In this document: positions 61,403 to 64,000 of the stretch, one piece after another | Numbering within the stretch: position 1 is the stretch's first letter | Layout of the letters: each line of letters starts with the position of its first letter | Assembly: GCA_051313645.2 (NCBI GenBank) | Contig: JBNRSN020000007.1 | Coordinates: 237,770,001-237,834,000, forward strand | DNA from: Centroscyllium fabricii | Lineage: Eukaryota | Length of the DNA stretch: 64,000 nucleotides | Reading direction: 5' to 3' | Translations under genes and position numbers: made by a program | Notes under the pieces: model-generated | Databases searched by the model: none | What the model was told of the DNA's origin: nothing | The model's input: the letters and a program-made list of their open reading frames with translations, nothing else

Positions 61403-62199
61403 TACCTTCCAATTTCAGAATCTAAGGAATTTTGGAAGACCACCACCAATGTATCCACTATCTCTGCAGCCACCACTTTTAGACCTCTTGGATGTAGTCC
61501 ATCAGGTGCTGGGGATTTGTTGGCTTTTAGTGCCATTAGTTTCCCAAGTATTTTTTCTCTACTGATATTAATTAATTTCACTTTCATTAGCCCCTTGGTT
61601 CCCCACTATTTTTGGTATACCTTTTGTGTCTTCTACTGTGAAGACAGATACAAAATATTTATTTAAGGTTACTGACATTTCCTTGTTCCGCAATATAAGT
61701 TTTCCTGTCTCAGCCTCTAAGTGACCAACGCTTGCTTTTGCTATTCTATTTCTTTTCAACGTACTTGCAGAAGCTCTTACAATCTGTTTTTATATTTCTT
61801 GCTAATTTATTCTCCAATTCCATTTTCTCCCTTTTTATCAATTTTTTGGTCATCCTTTGCTGGTTTCTAAAGTTCTCCCAATCATCAGGCGTATTACTAT
61901 TCTTTGCAACATTATAAGCCTCTTTTAATCCTTAACTTCTTTAGTTAACCATGGTTGAATCACTTTTCCCGTGAATTTTTTATTTCTCAATGGATTGTAT
62001 ATTTGCTGAGAATATTGGGAGTATTTCTTTAAATGTTTTCCACTGCTTATCTACTGTCCTACCTTTTAAATCTAGTTTCCCAATCTACCTTAGCCAACTG
62101 GCCCCTCATACCTGCATAATTGACTTTATTTAAGTTTAAGACTCTAATTTCAGATTTAAGAATGTCACTCTCAAACTCAAAGTGAAATTATATCATATT

Positions 62200-63032
62200 G
62201 GGGCAGAATTTCCTGTGGCCCAGAGGAGCTGCACCTGCATGGAGGGGGTCCAAAATGCCCCGTGCGATGAACGCACGGGGGATGCCCACGGAACGGAGAT
62301 TTCCAATGCTGAGGGAGAAGGGCCCTCAGCATCAAACGCAGGAGTGAGTTGCACCCAGAATTTGCAATCCAAAAGGGTGATTTTTGGAGAGTGATTCTGT
62401 GTGCAACTGGCCCACAAGCTGCACCCGGGAAAAGCAGTAGTAAACTCGTGCGTGAGGGACAAGATTTAGTTACTAAAGCAGGTAAGTTAATTTTTTAACT
62501 TTAATTTTAATTTTTTACAGTTTTTGGGAGTAATGTGGCCAGATCGGTAGCGTTAAATTTTTAAGTTAAAGTTTAAAAAAAAAAAATTTACAAATCCGAT
62601 TTTAAGTTAATTTACCTGTTTCAAATCGCTAATTTTTAAAGTTAAATTTCTGAAATTTTTAACTATCTAGCTATTAAAAAATCTAAGATATAAAAAATAG
62701 CAGAGACTTACCTACCGTTTCTTCCTCTGAGAAGCTGCTGTGCCCGCGCTGCTCCCCGCCGAGTCTGTGAGTGCAGCTCCGCACTTCCCTGCTCTCACAA
62801 AGGTCCGACTCGGGATCTGTGCGCATTTTCAAATTTAAATTAGGGATCTGGGGGCGTTTTTTATTTAAATTTGGGATCTGTGGGCGGGGCATACACTGCG
62901 CACCTAGCGTGGCTGGACTGCCACGCAGCGCAGGAACGGGGAGGAAAGTCAGGGAGCAACTTCTGTGCGATGTTGGTGCGTGCGATAGGTGTCCGCAGGG
63001 TCCTAGCGCACGCACAGACGAAATTCTGGCCC
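62200..63032. mobile_element. Harbinger/PHIS-type MITE, inverted relative of 18296-19090
   Basis: TIRs GGGGCAGAATTT / AAATTCTGGCCC and TSD ATT; the host CR1 rejoins exactly. Confidence 0.88.
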
Positions 63033-64000
63033 ATTATGATCATTCTTCCCAAAGAATCCTTTATTATGAGATTACTAATTAACCCTGTCTCATTACACAA
63101 ACTAGATCTAAAATAGCCTGTTCCATGGTTGGTTTCATGACTTATTGTTCTAGGAAACTGTCTTGAGTGCATTCTATGAAGTCGTCCTCCAGACTAACTT
63201 GCCAATTTGATTTGCCCAATCTATATCAAGATTAAATTCTCCCATGATTATTGCATTACCTTTGTTACAAGCTCCTATTATTTCTCGATTAATAGTCAGG
63301 CCCCCTAACAGTAGCTATACCAGAGGACAATCAACTACTCCCACCACTGTTTTCAGCCCTTGTTATTTCTTATCTCCACTTGTACTGATTCTGCTTCCTG
63401 GTATTCCGAGCCTAGATCCTTTCTCACAATATCCTTAAGTCATCCTTAGTTATCAGGTCTACTCCACCTCCTGTTCTAGTTTGCCTGTCTTTCTGAAACA
63501 TCAAATACCCTGGAATATTTAATTCCCGACCTTGTTCACCTTGCAACCATGTCTCTGTAATGGCGATTATATCAAAGCCATTGCTCTCTATTTGTGCCAC
63601 TAATTCCTCTACCTTGTTGCGGATGCTTTATGCATTCAGATAAAGGGCCTTTAATTTTAACTTTTTACCAGTATTCCCTGCTTTGACCTTCTGCGCTGAT
63701 GCACTGTCCCTTCCTGTCCCACACTGCTTATTTTTACCTAATTCACTGCACTGCTCTATTTCTTTGACTTTTCTCTTCAGATTACTAGATTTCCCCTCAC
63801 CTGCTCCTTCCCCCACCTTTTTAGTTTAAAGCCCTATCGACAGCCCTAGTTATTCGATTCTCCAACGGAACAGCTCCCTCGTTCCCCATTACCCCATGAA
63901 TTGAAACCCCTTGCTCCCACACCACTCTTTGAGCCATGCATTTAAACCTCTAATCTGTTTGTCCCTATGCCAATTTAGTCTACAAGTTTATTAAGCTAAT

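Larger units (their letters stand above)
48980..63840 (-). mobile_element. Long degraded antisense CR1 hosting five nested insertions
   Basis: Pieces 49905-50558, 52709-52942, 57746-58290, 61403-62199 and 63033-63840 join into one ORF2 (KALYLNA at the 5' end, tail at about 48980). Confidence 0.82.

Noticed and set aside
39971-64000. Next MFSD2 exon (expected W.WFL.RFGKK-like)
   Set aside because: Not found by eye; it probably lies beyond the window, though a miss cannot be excluded.

Overview
Eukaryotic, TE-dense intronic DNA, most likely from a shark or ray (inferred from HER1-like CR1 LINEs, HE1/V-SINEs and Penelope-derived palindromes). The only host gene I can support is an MFSD2-family (MFSD2A-like) lysolipid transporter on the + strand. 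Seven consecutive internal coding exons (10675-39970) splice in frame with GT-AG boundaries; the 5' and 3' exons were not found in the window. Most of the rest is nested mobile DNA: CR1 LINEs (one with an intact 959-aa ORF2), a second CR1/L2-group LINE family, Rex1/Babar fragments, Penelope remnants with minimal hammerhead cores, V-SINEs, hAT, Tigger-type and Harbinger-type MITEs, an intact spliced Harbinger transposase element, and two Gypsy LTR elements plus a solo LTR. The strongest observations are: (1) a young Gypsy element with no tRNA primer site but a 14-nt site complementary to its own LTR (self-priming geometry) and a YVDN RT motif; (2) a 117-nt three-way-junction RNA element in the 3' UTR of one young CR1; (3) an intact transposase-only Harbinger that is a horizontal-transfer candidate; (4) an NRF1-motif cassette shared by MITEs of two unrelated superfamilies; (5) a templated inverted duplication. 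Everything was read by eye and no database search was run.
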